From contig CAMDAF010000009.1 of assembly GCA_945888525.1 (NCBI GenBank), positions 13,276-77,275 of the forward strand: a stretch of 64,000 nucleotides of DNA. The letters are read 5' to 3'. Position numbers and translations under genes: made by a program. This DNA comes from Chitinophaga pinensis (GTDB lineage Bacteria > Bacteroidota > Bacteroidia > NS11-12g > UBA955). Position 1 is the stretch's first letter, and the number at the start of each line of letters is the position of its first letter. Of this stretch, positions 10,801-20,649 are shown in pieces. The notes below the pieces were generated by a model. It did not search any database, was not told the DNA's origin, and saw only the letters and a list, made by a program, of their open reading frames with translations.

Positions 10801-11364
10801 TCGAAAACGATATCGGTTCTTCCGACGCCTCAAATTGAACTATTAAGCAATCCCAATTCAAGGCTATCGCACGAATATCCGCGCTTGTTTTTGAAAGATA
10901 AAACGACTTGTAAGAATGGACACTCTGTAAATTGGTATTTTAACCAAACATGGATTGGCAATAGCAGAGAGTTTTATTACACCGTTGACGACAGTAAAGA
11001 CACATTCAACATTAAATTGGTAGCAGAAAGTGGTATAGGCGGATGTAAAGATTCAAGTACACAAATGTTTGTGTTCACGCCAATTAATCAACTTTACATT
11101 CCAGATGCTTTTTCTCCTGACACAAAAGGACCCGATGAAAACAATAAGTTTAAAGTTAAAGGTCCTGCAATGCGTGAATTTGAAATTGAGATTTTTAACA
11201 AATATGGAGAAAAGGTTTTTATTTCAAACAATATGAATGAAGCCTGGGATGGCACTTACAAATCGATAGACTGTATGATGGGTGTGTATTTTTACAAGAT
11301 TATAACTACAGACTATGATGGTATAAATCGCGATTATTCTGGCACACTAACTCTTGTGCGGTAA
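7819..11364 (+). CDS. Large Cys-rich surface protein with T9SS type B CTD, distant paralogue of 3133..7758
   Basis: Signal peptide then SHISGAEISY...KVYRDC (same N-terminal domain as the upstream gene); C-terminal YIPDAFSPD...NNKFK...FNKYGE...WDG...GTLTLVR. ATG 7819 preferred to GTG 7807. Confidence 0.85.
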   Translation: MRINAKIWIVLLLSFSAIEIYASHISGAEISYKHLFGSNYRFKLKVYRDCNECKFNGIGGGNNNSSCNEVPALIIKGAQGTNNSTSVLGNIEISRKYIQDITQGCNSTVSKCRPGSNLNLGYEVHVFEGDFDFSKLMGDGHCKLDISINMSSRSVNINPQQSEQNFFNYAMLNLCEALPNESVEFTAIPQFIHFLNQSNYNALNVLNADKDSLVFSLKPALVNRNASISYEIGRNSDMPFTYFCQSAGTPPCPVNLLGALVEGFYCSKSNGDIAFTPTQSNQGGVVVVECEEWKRNSLGVYYLAGVVRRDVYSEVISANNNLPNIKTKLGLYTICEGDNFSLELNAEDLPFGLSSTDTVSLDLYTALPGASIEKIAVNYAPYFKYVFKVEPALGQVGEYTVTLNARDNHCPLIGQISKSFTFAILQKRQIKTQTEVKNCGALSSNSINFPNKNLVWTLKDEQSKVVKQQTSRKFNFQLLNSGVYYLETVLPAERGFCESRKIDTIIVSSLQTPILNMGPDYSVCKGMELNIASKYLETFDQYDLSVNGLIVSGFPYKLQANNLNSLTFKITQKNGCSYEDKLTISLYSDLKYKVSNDTFCSNGVFPIAATTIDVDTNNIQKIDYSYNSIGSILTKINAKEWFFDFINKSNPTAHKMVLYSVISDLNACQYFDTSVIQIIDPSPILVSAPEKLCVNAETVDLETKPGGQWACVNYPSLVKNNQLKLNGAKLNQLVLKYVETKLCSNANTYFVDLMDTSEITFLHSKDLLFCENNLLYELKALPAGGLWKGVGVQNGFFNPSTSGGKKFNVQYQFSNQNTCKSTSHVGVEVEKLPLLKVTAAQESICVGEILSLQALSSISGNGYWYSDGAGRFDNATSQLTNYQPNADDVLKSALKFVYTLQTNGICGNVSSEVFVKVKNGPSGDIIDDYTTNICEPAKFVFKSNYKNIEKQYWFVNDSLIEEFDYDFNFNVELKSGEYVIKTSVSDGTCEALSISKTISVLPTPQIELLSNPNSRLSHEYPRLFLKDKTTCKNGHSVNWYFNQTWIGNSREFYYTVDDSKDTFNIKLVAESGIGGCKDSSTQMFVFTPINQLYIPDAFSPDTKGPDENNKFKVKGPAMREFEIEIFNKYGEKVFISNNMNEAWDGTYKSIDCMMGVYFYKIITTDYDGINRDYSGTLTLVR

Positions 11365-11499
11365 TCCAACTGTTTGGCTGATTTATCTCACCCAAATTAT
11401 TGCCTATTTTTTTTACTCAAGCCCCTTGCAGTTTGTTTTTTAAGTAATATCTTCGCGTCACTTAATTAACAATTTAAATTAATCTCAATTCTGCAATCA

Positions 11500-12804
11500 A
11501 TGCCTGATACTAACGCACAAAACTGTACAATTACTCTTGAAGGTAAAAATTACGAGTTCCCAGTAATCACCGGAACCGAAGGAGAAAAAGCCATTGACAT
11601 CTCCAAACTAAGGGATACAACAGGCTATGTAACCCTTGATATTGGTTATAAAAATACAGGCGCAACCAAAAGTGCTATTACGTTTCTTGATGGTGAAGAA
11701 GGTATTTTAAGACACAGAGGTTATTCAATTGAAGACCTAGCTGAAAAAGCAAACTTTTTGGAAGTATCTTATTTATTGCTAAAAGGTGAATTGCCAAATA
11801 AAGAACAATTTGAAGACTTTGATAACTCTGTAAGACACCATACTTTGGTTAATGAAGACTTACAAAATATATTTAGAACTTTCCCAACAGGATCTCATCC
11901 AATGGGCCAATTAATTGCAATGATTTCTTCATTGTCTGCATATTACCCAAAAGCATTAGATCCTCACAGAAGTCCTGAGGCAAAAAACAGAACGACTTTG
12001 CGTTTGATGGCAAAAATGCCAACCATTTGCGCAATGATTTATAAAAAGAGATTGGGTCACCCGGTTGTTTACCCAAATAACAACTTGGATTATGTGAGCA
12101 ATTTCTTGTCAATGACATTCAAGCACGTAAGTGATGCCGATTACCAGCCAGACCCTGTTATTGTAGATGCAATGAATAAGTTATTGATTTTGCACGCTGA
12201 CCATGAACAAAACTGTTCGGCAAGTACAGTTCGTCTGGTAGGTTCATCTCAATCAAACTTATATGCTACCACTGCCGCAGGTATCGCTGCATTGTGGGGG
12301 CCATTGCACGGTGGTGCAAACCAAGAAGTTTTGGAAATGCTCGAGCAAATTAAAGGGGATGGCGGAAATGTCCAAAAGTGGGTTGACAAAGCCAAAGATA
12401 AAAATGATCCTTTCCGTTTAATGGGCTTTGGACACAGGGTATACAAAAACTTTGACCCTAGAGCGAAAATTATTAAGAAGACCTGTGATGATGTTTTAAA
12501 TAAATTGGGTATCAATGATCCTGTTTTGGAAATTGCTAAAAAATTAGAAGAAGCTGCCTTAACGGATCCATACTTTGCAGAAAGAAAACTATACCCTAAC
12601 GTAGATTTCTATTCTGGAATCATATACAGAGCAATGGGTTTCCCAACTGAAATGTTCACTGCTTTGTTTGCTGTGGGAAGATTACCAGGTTGGATTGCAC
12701 AATGGCAAGAAATGGTTCAAGAGAATCAACCAATTGGAAGACCAAGACAAATCTACACTGGCCATATGCCAAGGACATTTATCCCTAGAGGAGAAAGACA
12801 ATAA
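11500..12804 (+). CDS. gltA: Citrate synthase (type II)
   Basis: LHADHEQNCS, LWGPLHGGANQ, LMGFGHRVYKNFDPRA and YPNVDFYSG motifs. Confidence 0.97.
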   Translation: MPDTNAQNCTITLEGKNYEFPVITGTEGEKAIDISKLRDTTGYVTLDIGYKNTGATKSAITFLDGEEGILRHRGYSIEDLAEKANFLEVSYLLLKGELPNKEQFEDFDNSVRHHTLVNEDLQNIFRTFPTGSHPMGQLIAMISSLSAYYPKALDPHRSPEAKNRTTLRLMAKMPTICAMIYKKRLGHPVVYPNNNLDYVSNFLSMTFKHVSDADYQPDPVIVDAMNKLLILHADHEQNCSASTVRLVGSSQSNLYATTAAGIAALWGPLHGGANQEVLEMLEQIKGDGGNVQKWVDKAKDKNDPFRLMGFGHRVYKNFDPRAKIIKKTCDDVLNKLGINDPVLEIAKKLEEAALTDPYFAERKLYPNVDFYSGIIYRAMGFPTEMFTALFAVGRLPGWIAQWQEMVQENQPIGRPRQIYTGHMPRTFIPRGERQ

Positions 12805-12825
12805 ACCTTTAACAATATTAATTGA

Positions 12826-12851
12826 AAAATGGAGCTCTAGGGTTCCATTTT
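12826..12851. terminator. Hairpin between convergent gltA and TPR genes, overlapping the last TPR codons
   Basis: AAAATGGAGCT-CTAG-GGTTCCATTTT with G-U pairs. Confidence 0.5.
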
Positions 12852-13430
12852 CCATTTACCCACCTGGTTGGCTGGTCGTTTAGCGTTTACAAGTTCAATA
12901 AAATTTCGAATCAATGGCACCTCAACACCTGATGGGTCTAGTTTTTCAATTTGTTCATAATGGTATACCATATCATCGATTTGCCAAGCAAATAATCCCT
13001 CCCTGCGCAACAAACGTTCATAGCATTGCCCAACAGAACGGTAAGCCTGAGTTACACTGTGCTCTCGAAACTTTTCAATTTGAATAAATTTCTTGTACAA
13101 TACAATGGCGATGCTGTCTTGCTTAAGGGCAATGTGGTTCATTGCTTTATACCAATATGTCTTGCTGTTGCTGCTGTCGTTGTTTAATGATATGCGGAAC
13201 AATGAATCAGCCTCTCTAAAACGTTTTTGTTTGTGAATTGAAAAGGCCAACATTGTGTAGATAGTCCAATTTTGAGGATCCTTTTGCAGTGCGGCTTGAT
13301 AGTATTCAGACGCTTCTCTATAGGCACCATTGTTCATCGATTGATTTCCTAGGGCAACTAAATTTAATCCTTCCTGAGCTGCGGCATAAAAACCAAGGAT
13401 CAAAAAGTAAATCAAAAACTTGTATTTCAT
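12837..13430 (-). CDS. Exported tetratricopeptide-repeat protein
   Basis: Start moved to MKYKFLIYF (13430); signal peptide AAA/Q; TPR-like helices LGN...AYREASEYYQAALQKDPQN. Confidence 0.75.
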   Translation of the reverse strand: MKYKFLIYFLILGFYAAAQEGLNLVALGNQSMNNGAYREASEYYQAALQKDPQNWTIYTMLAFSIHKQKRFREADSLFRISLNNDSSNSKTYWYKAMNHIALKQDSIAIVLYKKFIQIEKFREHSVTQAYRSVGQCYERLLRREGLFAWQIDDMVYHYEQIEKLDPSGVEVPLIRNFIELVNAKRPANQVGKWKMEP

Positions 13431-13443
13431 TGTTGTTTTAAAA

Positions 13444-13476
13444 ACAAAAACCATGCCTAGAAGACATGGTTTTTGT
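13444..13476 (-). terminator. Intrinsic terminator of 13500..18401
   Basis: ACAAAAACCATG-N9-CATGGTTTTTGT perfect 12-bp inverted repeat, U-rich tail on the minus strand. Confidence 0.7.
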
Positions 13477-13499
13477 GGTATTTGTCTTTTAAAATATGA

Positions 13500-16400
13500 T
13501 TATCTCAGGATTGAGACATTTCCTTTTTCTGTGTGTCTGAGCTCATCACCCCCAATAAATTCTAAACGGTAGAAGTAAAGATCCTGAGGCACCAATTCAT
13601 TCTCAAATCGGCCATCCCAGCCCAATTGTGGGTTGTTTGTTTTGAACATGATATTTCCCCAACGGTCAAAGATGATAAATTTATAGTTAAGCGCATACGA
13701 TAATCCAATTGGTTTAAATGTCTCATTGATGTTGTCATCGTTTGGTGTAAACGCATTTGGCATGTAGTAAACAACATCAGGAGCAATAAACAGAATTTTT
13801 GTAGCCGTATCTCTGCAACCAAAAGAATTGGCAACAATTAAAGTTGTCTTTTGGGTCAAAGTATCTGTGTAGAATAGTTTAGGGTTTTGATCGGTACTTG
13901 TTCCCATTGAAGAAAAATTCCATTTCCAACTGATCGCGCCAATAGAGGTGTCCGTGTATTGAATGTCTACTTCGTTTTCCCATGACCTTAATTTTTGGAA
14001 CACAAAACCAGCCTTAGGGTTTGGATTTACAACAGCAGTTCCAAGTTTCTTTAGGGTGTCTATGCAACCTTTGTCGGTGCCAGCGATAAGTGTTATATCA
14101 TAGGACCCAACGTTCTTATATTTGAATTTAGGTGCTTGTGCAATTGACGTTTTCCCATTACCAAATATCCATTTCCAGGAGGTGATATTGCCAGTTGGTA
14201 TGCTGCTCAAATTTATAAATACGGATGAATCTTTTAAACAAACAGGATCAACGGTGAAGTCAAGTACCGGGTTTGGATTAACGGTAATAGGTTTGCTAAT
14301 GGTGTCCCAACAGCCTTTGTCTGTAATTACTTTCAACGACACGATATAGTCGCCATTCACAGGGTAAGAGTATGGAAGGGGAGCTGTCAAATTGCTTGAA
14401 TCGTTGTTGCCGTATTGGAAGCTGTAGGAACTAATAACACCTCCGATAACGTTAGATTTGTTTACGATATTAAAGACATTCTTTTTAAAACAGCTGCTTG
14501 GCGGTGCAATATTGAATGCGGCAACAGGCATAGGGAAAACATAGACTTTTTTGGCAATAGAGTCGATGCAACCGTAGTTTGTGGCAACAATTAAACTGAC
14601 TCTAAAGGAATCTACTTTTGCGTAGGCTTTACTTGGTGCTGTAATTGCAGATGTTGTGTTGTCTCCAAAATTCCAATCGTTAAAATCAACCGTTCCGTTG
14701 CTAACTGCCGAAGTTGAAGCGAAGCCAAATTGATTGCCTTTGAAACATTGTTTGTTGTTGTCTATTGTAAAACTTGCCACAGGCATTGGAAAAACATTGA
14801 CTGTTTTCTCTAGCGTATCTTTACATCCACCTATATTGGTGCTGGAAATTAAACGCACGACGAAAGGACCATCGGTTTTATAGGTGTGTTGTCCAAATAT
14901 AGAATTAATGGTTGAATCGTTGTCGCCATAAAACCAATTGTGGTTCATTGGCGTTCCATTGCTTACAGTGCTGTTGGTACTAAATTGGAAGTCGTTGCCC
15001 TTTAAACATTTTTTATCATAGTTATAGGTAAAACTTGCATTCGGCATCGGCAATGTTTTGATTTGCTTTGCAACGGTATCTAGGCAGCCAAAATTACTGC
15101 TGCTAAACAATCTAACAGTGTAGGTTTGAACATTGTTGTAGCTATGGTTTGTTGTGTTTAAGTTGCCAGCTGTATTCCCGTCGCCAAATTGCCAGTTTAA
15201 AGTATAGGTTCCTGATTTAATGGTGGTGCTTGAAACGTAGTTGAATTTGTTGCCCAAAATACATTGTGGGGTACTTCCAATTGTAAAATTGGTTTTAGCC
15301 TTTGGATAAACGGTTACTTTCTTCTCTGCGGTATCGGTACAACCTTGGTCGCTTATTGAAACCACACGAACGGTAAAGGTGCTGTCTTTGGTGTATTTTT
15401 TTGTTGCACTTAATGCGGTAACAAAAGCACTTCCATCTCCAAAATACCAGCGGTTGGTAAATCCTCCCTCAGCAATAAAGGTGTTGTTGTTAAAGGTAAA
15501 ATTGTTGTTGTTTACACATTGGCCTGTTCCAGGAGCGCCAATGGTAAAATCAGATCCTGGGTGAGGATAAACTTTAGCGTTTTGAAAACTGGTATCAAAA
15601 CAACCATTGCTGCCGTATACAATTAAACCAGGGATATAGCCGTTGTCTGCCAAATAAGAATGAGAAACAATGTTTTTGTTGTTGTCAAATGAGCCATCAT
15701 CGAACAACCATTTATTTCCCGTGATAGCACCTGCGCTAAAAGTTGAAAGATCTGTAAATGTGAAAATATTTCCTTCCAAACATTGGTCTTGGTCGTTGAT
15801 GCTAAAATCTGAAACCGGCATGGTTAATAAAAATACTGAATCACTGACAGTGTCTTTGCAATTGTAATTTGAGTTCAACTCCAATTGTATTTTATAATTG
15901 CCAACATTTGCAAATCCATGAGAAATGCTATCTACATCTGTAAAGAAACTGCCATCACTTAATTTCCATAATTCAGTAAATGTGCCGCTGTTAATGCTTG
16001 AAGTCGAATATGCTTTTACATTGTTATACTTTAGACATTGGATATTGTTGTTGATGGTAAAAGACGGACTTGGTGTTGGCCTAACAGTAACAATTGTTTG
16101 GGTCGAATCTTTACAACCTTTATTAGACGTTGAATACATTTTGACCGTATAATTACCGTCACCTGCATACGAGTGCTTGACGGTATCCTTCAAATTAATG
16201 GTGTCGAGATCGCCGAAGTTCCAATTATGGGTAGTTGTACCACTGCTTATGGTAGACTTAGAATTGAATCTAAAGCTGTTGTATTTACGGCATTTTTCAA
16301 CATCAACATTGTTAATGATTGCCACGGGCATTGGATTCACCAATATGCTTTGGAATGCAGTGTCAGAGCATCCGTCAACACCATCATCACTGATGGTAAT

Positions 16401-18401
16401 TAAACGCACATTGCGCGAACCTGATGTTGTGTAAGAATGGTGAACTGAATCTTGTTGGTCTTTGCTTATTCCATTGCCAATATTCCAATAGTTTATCAAG
16501 GGCAATCCGTTGGTGATGCTTGATTGAGACTCATAAATATAGGCATTGCCAGACAGACATTGGTCGGTTAGATTGGTTTTGATTTTGGCCTTTGGATGGG
16601 TGTTTACCAAGATAGCCAAATAGTTGGTATCTAAGCAGCCACTGAGATGGGTGTTGATCTGTCTTACTTGGTAAGTTCCAGCTGCAGCGTATTTGTGTCC
16701 TGTGGAGTCAACACCACTAATTGTTGGACTTCCATCCCCAAAATCCCAGCTGATTCCAGTAATCATGCCTGAGTAAATCATAGACACAGAAATAATGCTG
16801 TATTCATTCCCTCTAAAACATTGTATGGTGTCATTAAACCAAGTTCTAACGATTGGGGTTTCTTTGATGTTGACGATTTTAGTTACAGAATCTCGGCAGC
16901 CCAAATTACTCACAACAGTAAGTCTTGGATAGTAATACGGATAAAATACTTTGAAAGTATGGCTTGAATTTCCTGTGGTAAAAGTGTCTTTTTTGCTGTT
17001 GTCATCCCAATTCCAAATATAAGTTGAAATACTGCCAGAGCTTATGCTTGAGGTTGAGGTGAAATTGTATTTGTTGTATTTAGAACATTGGTTGTTGTTT
17101 AATACATTAAATGAGGCAGTAGGTTTTGGATTAATGGTTAAAGGTCCACTGGGAGAGAAACAAGAATATGATGGGTTGGTAGAAGTCAATCTTAATTTGT
17201 AACCAGATCCTGGGATTATCAAAGCAGGAATATCAACTACCATGCTGCTGATGGTGGTGTCAGTTTTTGTTGCTAAGGTAATAGGCGAACCAAAGTTTCC
17301 AGACGCATCAGAAAGTTGCAGTCTGAAAATATTGCCAGAATTGAAAAACACCCCTTTTTTAGTAAAATTCACTGTTAGTCTACCGCCAGGGCAAACTGGG
17401 TTTGGCGAGAATGTATAAGTTATCCCTTGGGTAAGTTCTGTGTTTACCACTGATGTCATTTCAACTGGGGCATAGGCTCTTAACCGGCACCAATCGTAAC
17501 TCACACTGCCAATACTAGAACACAATAAACCAATTGCTGCTTGCAGACTTCCTGATATTGCAGGCGTTGAAACCAATGTCTGTTGAACGCCTCCTGGAAA
17601 AGTTGCGGTGGCAGAGTTTGTGGCTGGCCAAGCTAGACTCCAAATGCCATTTCCTCTAGCTGTTGCCGATGCGTTAGGCGTTGTTTGGTAACTGACGCAA
17701 GATGAAGTAGCTGTTTGGATGTGAAAGAAATTGGAGTAGGTGCCAGTTCCAGTTGTTAATGTAACGCCTGAAAATGTTCCTGAGTTTAACTGTGCAATAC
17801 TTGGGTAGCTTCCTGAATTTAATTTAATTTTAGCTTCTATTCTATGTGGGGCAGTGAATGATGAAACCGAACGGATAACATTGTCTGTACTTGCCGTGTT
17901 GTTAAATGTGGCCATTCCACTGGAAATGCTTAATGTACCGTTTAATGTGGTTTGTTTGTAGGCCGTCCACTTTGTGGTGTTGAGCGTTGAACCCAAGAAA
18001 TCATCAAACAAAATAAATGTACTGTCTCCATTTTGTGCTGCTGTGGCACAAAGGTTTCCATAATACATATTAATGCTTGTAGATCCAGAAGAAGGTATGG
18101 TTTTGAGTTTTACCCAGATGACGGTGCTCGTGGTATTGATGTTGCTGTCAATCCAATAATTTAATTTTGCACAAGAAGCATCCGTAAAGCGAATGTCATC
18201 ACCATTGATGTTCATCTTCCCTGCGGAAATCAGTGCTTGGGTGTTTACAATAACTTTGACTTGGAAATTGGTGTACACAGATGCATTCGCATTGGTAACC
18301 GCAATAGGTCTTTGGTACTTCCATTCAGGTAAGCATACCACAGCAGCAGCTTCTTGAGCAATGGTTAATAGAAAAAAATAAATTAGTAAGCGTTTCATCA
18401 T
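13500..18401 (-). CDS. Large surface protein: DUF2341-like N-terminal domain, about 12-13 PKD repeats, T9SS type B CTD
   Basis: WKYQRPI...GDDIRFTD...LNYWID...VIWVK...MYYGN (DUF2341-like); repeated xCxxxNxFxF...WxFGDG...HxY...GCxD units; C-terminal YMPNAFTPNDDNINETFKP...FDRWGN...WDG. Confidence 0.85.
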   Translation of the reverse strand: MMKRLLIYFFLLTIAQEAAAVVCLPEWKYQRPIAVTNANASVYTNFQVKVIVNTQALISAGKMNINGDDIRFTDASCAKLNYWIDSNINTTSTVIWVKLKTIPSSGSTSINMYYGNLCATAAQNGDSTFILFDDFLGSTLNTTKWTAYKQTTLNGTLSISSGMATFNNTASTDNVIRSVSSFTAPHRIEAKIKLNSGSYPSIAQLNSGTFSGVTLTTGTGTYSNFFHIQTATSSCVSYQTTPNASATARGNGIWSLAWPATNSATATFPGGVQQTLVSTPAISGSLQAAIGLLCSSIGSVSYDWCRLRAYAPVEMTSVVNTELTQGITYTFSPNPVCPGGRLTVNFTKKGVFFNSGNIFRLQLSDASGNFGSPITLATKTDTTISSMVVDIPALIIPGSGYKLRLTSTNPSYSCFSPSGPLTINPKPTASFNVLNNNQCSKYNKYNFTSTSSISSGSISTYIWNWDDNSKKDTFTTGNSSHTFKVFYPYYYPRLTVVSNLGCRDSVTKIVNIKETPIVRTWFNDTIQCFRGNEYSIISVSMIYSGMITGISWDFGDGSPTISGVDSTGHKYAAAGTYQVRQINTHLSGCLDTNYLAILVNTHPKAKIKTNLTDQCLSGNAYIYESQSSITNGLPLINYWNIGNGISKDQQDSVHHSYTTSGSRNVRLITISDDGVDGCSDTAFQSILVNPMPVAIINNVDVEKCRKYNSFRFNSKSTISSGTTTHNWNFGDLDTINLKDTVKHSYAGDGNYTVKMYSTSNKGCKDSTQTIVTVRPTPSPSFTINNNIQCLKYNNVKAYSTSSINSGTFTELWKLSDGSFFTDVDSISHGFANVGNYKIQLELNSNYNCKDTVSDSVFLLTMPVSDFSINDQDQCLEGNIFTFTDLSTFSAGAITGNKWLFDDGSFDNNKNIVSHSYLADNGYIPGLIVYGSNGCFDTSFQNAKVYPHPGSDFTIGAPGTGQCVNNNNFTFNNNTFIAEGGFTNRWYFGDGSAFVTALSATKKYTKDSTFTVRVVSISDQGCTDTAEKKVTVYPKAKTNFTIGSTPQCILGNKFNYVSSTTIKSGTYTLNWQFGDGNTAGNLNTTNHSYNNVQTYTVRLFSSSNFGCLDTVAKQIKTLPMPNASFTYNYDKKCLKGNDFQFSTNSTVSNGTPMNHNWFYGDNDSTINSIFGQHTYKTDGPFVVRLISSTNIGGCKDTLEKTVNVFPMPVASFTIDNNKQCFKGNQFGFASTSAVSNGTVDFNDWNFGDNTTSAITAPSKAYAKVDSFRVSLIVATNYGCIDSIAKKVYVFPMPVAAFNIAPPSSCFKKNVFNIVNKSNVIGGVISSYSFQYGNNDSSNLTAPLPYSYPVNGDYIVSLKVITDKGCWDTISKPITVNPNPVLDFTVDPVCLKDSSVFINLSSIPTGNITSWKWIFGNGKTSIAQAPKFKYKNVGSYDITLIAGTDKGCIDTLKKLGTAVVNPNPKAGFVFQKLRSWENEVDIQYTDTSIGAISWKWNFSSMGTSTDQNPKLFYTDTLTQKTTLIVANSFGCRDTATKILFIAPDVVYYMPNAFTPNDDNINETFKPIGLSYALNYKFIIFDRWGNIMFKTNNPQLGWDGRFENELVPQDLYFYRLEFIGGDELRHTEKGNVSILR

Positions 18402-18475
18402 ATTTTTTGGCGGTCTCGGTAAAACTTAAGTTTACGAAAATAGGGAAAAAAAATGAATTCATAAAACCCATAAAT

Positions 18476-19807
18476 TTACCACATTTTCGCATTGTCAAAG
18501 TTCCCTGAACTCATAAGCAATAAGACATAGGGTTTGCCCAAAACGTTGCTTTTAATTTCTTCGATTTTTGCAAGTAATTCCTTGCTGTCTTCAATGGCCC
18601 AAACGCTCTGTCCGAAGTTTTTTATAATATCTTCTTTATCAATTGCTTGCATTTTTTTGTGCGCGAAAACATCTGGGTTGTAATACACCAGAGCATCGTC
18701 TGCCAAGTCCATGCAATGTTGATAATTGGGTAAAAAATCTTTGTTTAAGCTGCTAAACGTATGCAGTTCAAAAACAGCTATAAAATGATGGCTACTAAAT
18801 TGTTTTCTTACCGCATCAATACTTGCTTTTAGTTTGCTTGGCGAATGTGCAAAATCTCTAAAAACAATAAGATTGGCTTCTTCATGTACTTTTTCTAAGC
18901 GCTTTGCAGTGCCAGTAAAACTCGATAAAGCATCATAAAACTCATCTTCGCTTATACCCAATTCTTTGCACACCAAACAAGCGCCTTCGGCATTTTGTAA
19001 ATTGTGTTCTCCGAATATTTCGAGGGTATGTCTTTCTCCTTTACTTACAACAACTTTATTGTTTCTGATGTGAAAATTCGGGGTCTTGTATGCTTGTTTG
19101 TTAAGTGTCGATTTTTCGCAGACTTTTTTCAAAGTTTCATCCCCATCGAAATAGATTAAACTGCCACCGGTTTCTATTGAATTTACAAACAATTCAAATT
19201 GTTCAACATAGTTTTCCCAAGTAGGAAAAACATTGATATGGTCCCAAGCTATGCCCGTAATCATGGCAATTTGCGGCTTGTATTTTAAAAATTTTGGAAT
19301 AGGGTCTAAGGTGCTGGTGAGGTATTCATCGCCCTCTATAACCATAAGCGGGGCATCAGAAAAACGCACCATGGTGTCAAATCCTTCCAATTGAGAACCC
19401 ACCAAATAATCGAAATCTTTTTTCAAGGTCTTTAAAACATGCATAACCATTGCTGTTGTGGTTGTTTTGCCGTGACTGCCTCCAATTACCACCCTGGTTT
19501 TGTTTTTGGCATGTTCGTAGACATATTCAGGAAAACTGTATATTTTTATGCCTAGTTCTTTTGCTTTTAACAATTCAGGATTGTCCGAACGGGCGTGCAT
19601 ACCCAAGACAATGAAGTCTAAATCTTTACTGATTTTTTCGGGAAACCACCCAAATGTTTCTGGACAAATATTTGCTTTTTTTAAGCGCGACAATGCTGGC
19701 TCGAAAATCTCATCATCGCTGCCCGTTATTTGATGACCCAATTGGTGCAAAGCCAAGGCAATATTGTGCATTACTGCACCGCCACATGCTAAAATATGTA
19801 TATTCAT
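18476..19807 (-). CDS. mpl: Mur ligase family protein, probably murein peptide ligase (MurC/Mpl-like)
   Basis: IHILACGGAVMHNIA N-terminus; P-loop GSHGKTTTT; IEGDEY, WDHINVF and DFAHSP motifs. Confidence 0.8.
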   Translation of the reverse strand: MNIHILACGGAVMHNIALALHQLGHQITGSDDEIFEPALSRLKKANICPETFGWFPEKISKDLDFIVLGMHARSDNPELLKAKELGIKIYSFPEYVYEHAKNKTRVVIGGSHGKTTTTAMVMHVLKTLKKDFDYLVGSQLEGFDTMVRFSDAPLMVIEGDEYLTSTLDPIPKFLKYKPQIAMITGIAWDHINVFPTWENYVEQFELFVNSIETGGSLIYFDGDETLKKVCEKSTLNKQAYKTPNFHIRNNKVVVSKGERHTLEIFGEHNLQNAEGACLVCKELGISEDEFYDALSSFTGTAKRLEKVHEEANLIVFRDFAHSPSKLKASIDAVRKQFSSHHFIAVFELHTFSSLNKDFLPNYQHCMDLADDALVYYNPDVFAHKKMQAIDKEDIIKNFGQSVWAIEDSKELLAKIEEIKSNVLGKPYVLLLMSSGNFDNAKMW

Positions 19808-19893
19808 CTTCAATGCAAATAGACGTTAAAATTTTGATAGAACAAAAAAATCTTCTCTTCTTCCTGTCTTGATTTCAGGTCTATAACTGCACA

Positions 19894-20649
19894 CTATAAA
19901 ACCTTTATCCAATAAAAAAGGTAACCCACCAATTCTTTGACCAGTAATTCCGTGTTGGATAAAGCTGCTGCTGTAGGGACCAATAAATTGCTGGGTGAAT
20001 AATCGCGTTTTTTATCTGAAAGGAAATCACAGGCAAAAAGGTCTGCTTGCATGCTGTTTTTTAAGCACAACCTTACCCTTGGAAGTTGCCAAGCACTGCT
20101 AAAGATAAGCACTTTGCTTTTTATGCCAAGTGAATCCAGTTTTTTCTGACTGAATTTTATGTTCTCATGGGTATTTCGGCTTTGATTTTCAATGATTATA
20201 TTCGAATCAGGAATTCCAATTTCTTTTAAGTACTCAGAGACTGCATCCGCTTCTTTTAATTCTTGGTGCAATACCGAAGCACTGCCGCTGCTGATCATTA
20301 TTTTTTTTATTTGACCCTGTTTATATGCTTTGATGGCTTGCATCAAGCGGTCGTTGGCATCGTAAAATATGGCTCGGTTTAAATTGGTGTCTTTTTCAGA
20401 AAAACCGCCCAAGACCAAGCCAACTTCATAGCTTGAATCTAATGCTGTTTTAGAAGGGTCTTCGTACACCAAAAGTGCTTCATTTACAATAAAATTATTA
20501 GAGACTATAAATAAGACTAGAAAGCCAATAAATACCCTTTTTTTGATCTTGTTTTCTTCTTTGCTAAACAGAGCTGCTAACAAGAAAAGAAAAACCCAAA
20601 CAAGGGGCTTGATGAGAAACAACAATATTTTTGACAGATAAAAAAACAT
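19894..20649 (-). CDS. YdcF/ElyC (DUF218) family membrane protein
   Basis: N-terminal TM helices (MFFYLSKIL...); LVLGG, DRL, ISSGS, EADA and ENQSRNTHEN motifs. Confidence 0.85.
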   Translation of the reverse strand: MFFYLSKILLFLIKPLVWVFLFLLAALFSKEENKIKKRVFIGFLVLFIVSNNFIVNEALLVYEDPSKTALDSSYEVGLVLGGFSEKDTNLNRAIFYDANDRLMQAIKAYKQGQIKKIMISSGSASVLHQELKEADAVSEYLKEIGIPDSNIIIENQSRNTHENIKFSQKKLDSLGIKSKVLIFSSAWQLPRVRLCLKNSMQADLFACDFLSDKKRDYSPSNLLVPTAAALSNTELLVKELVGYLFYWIKVL

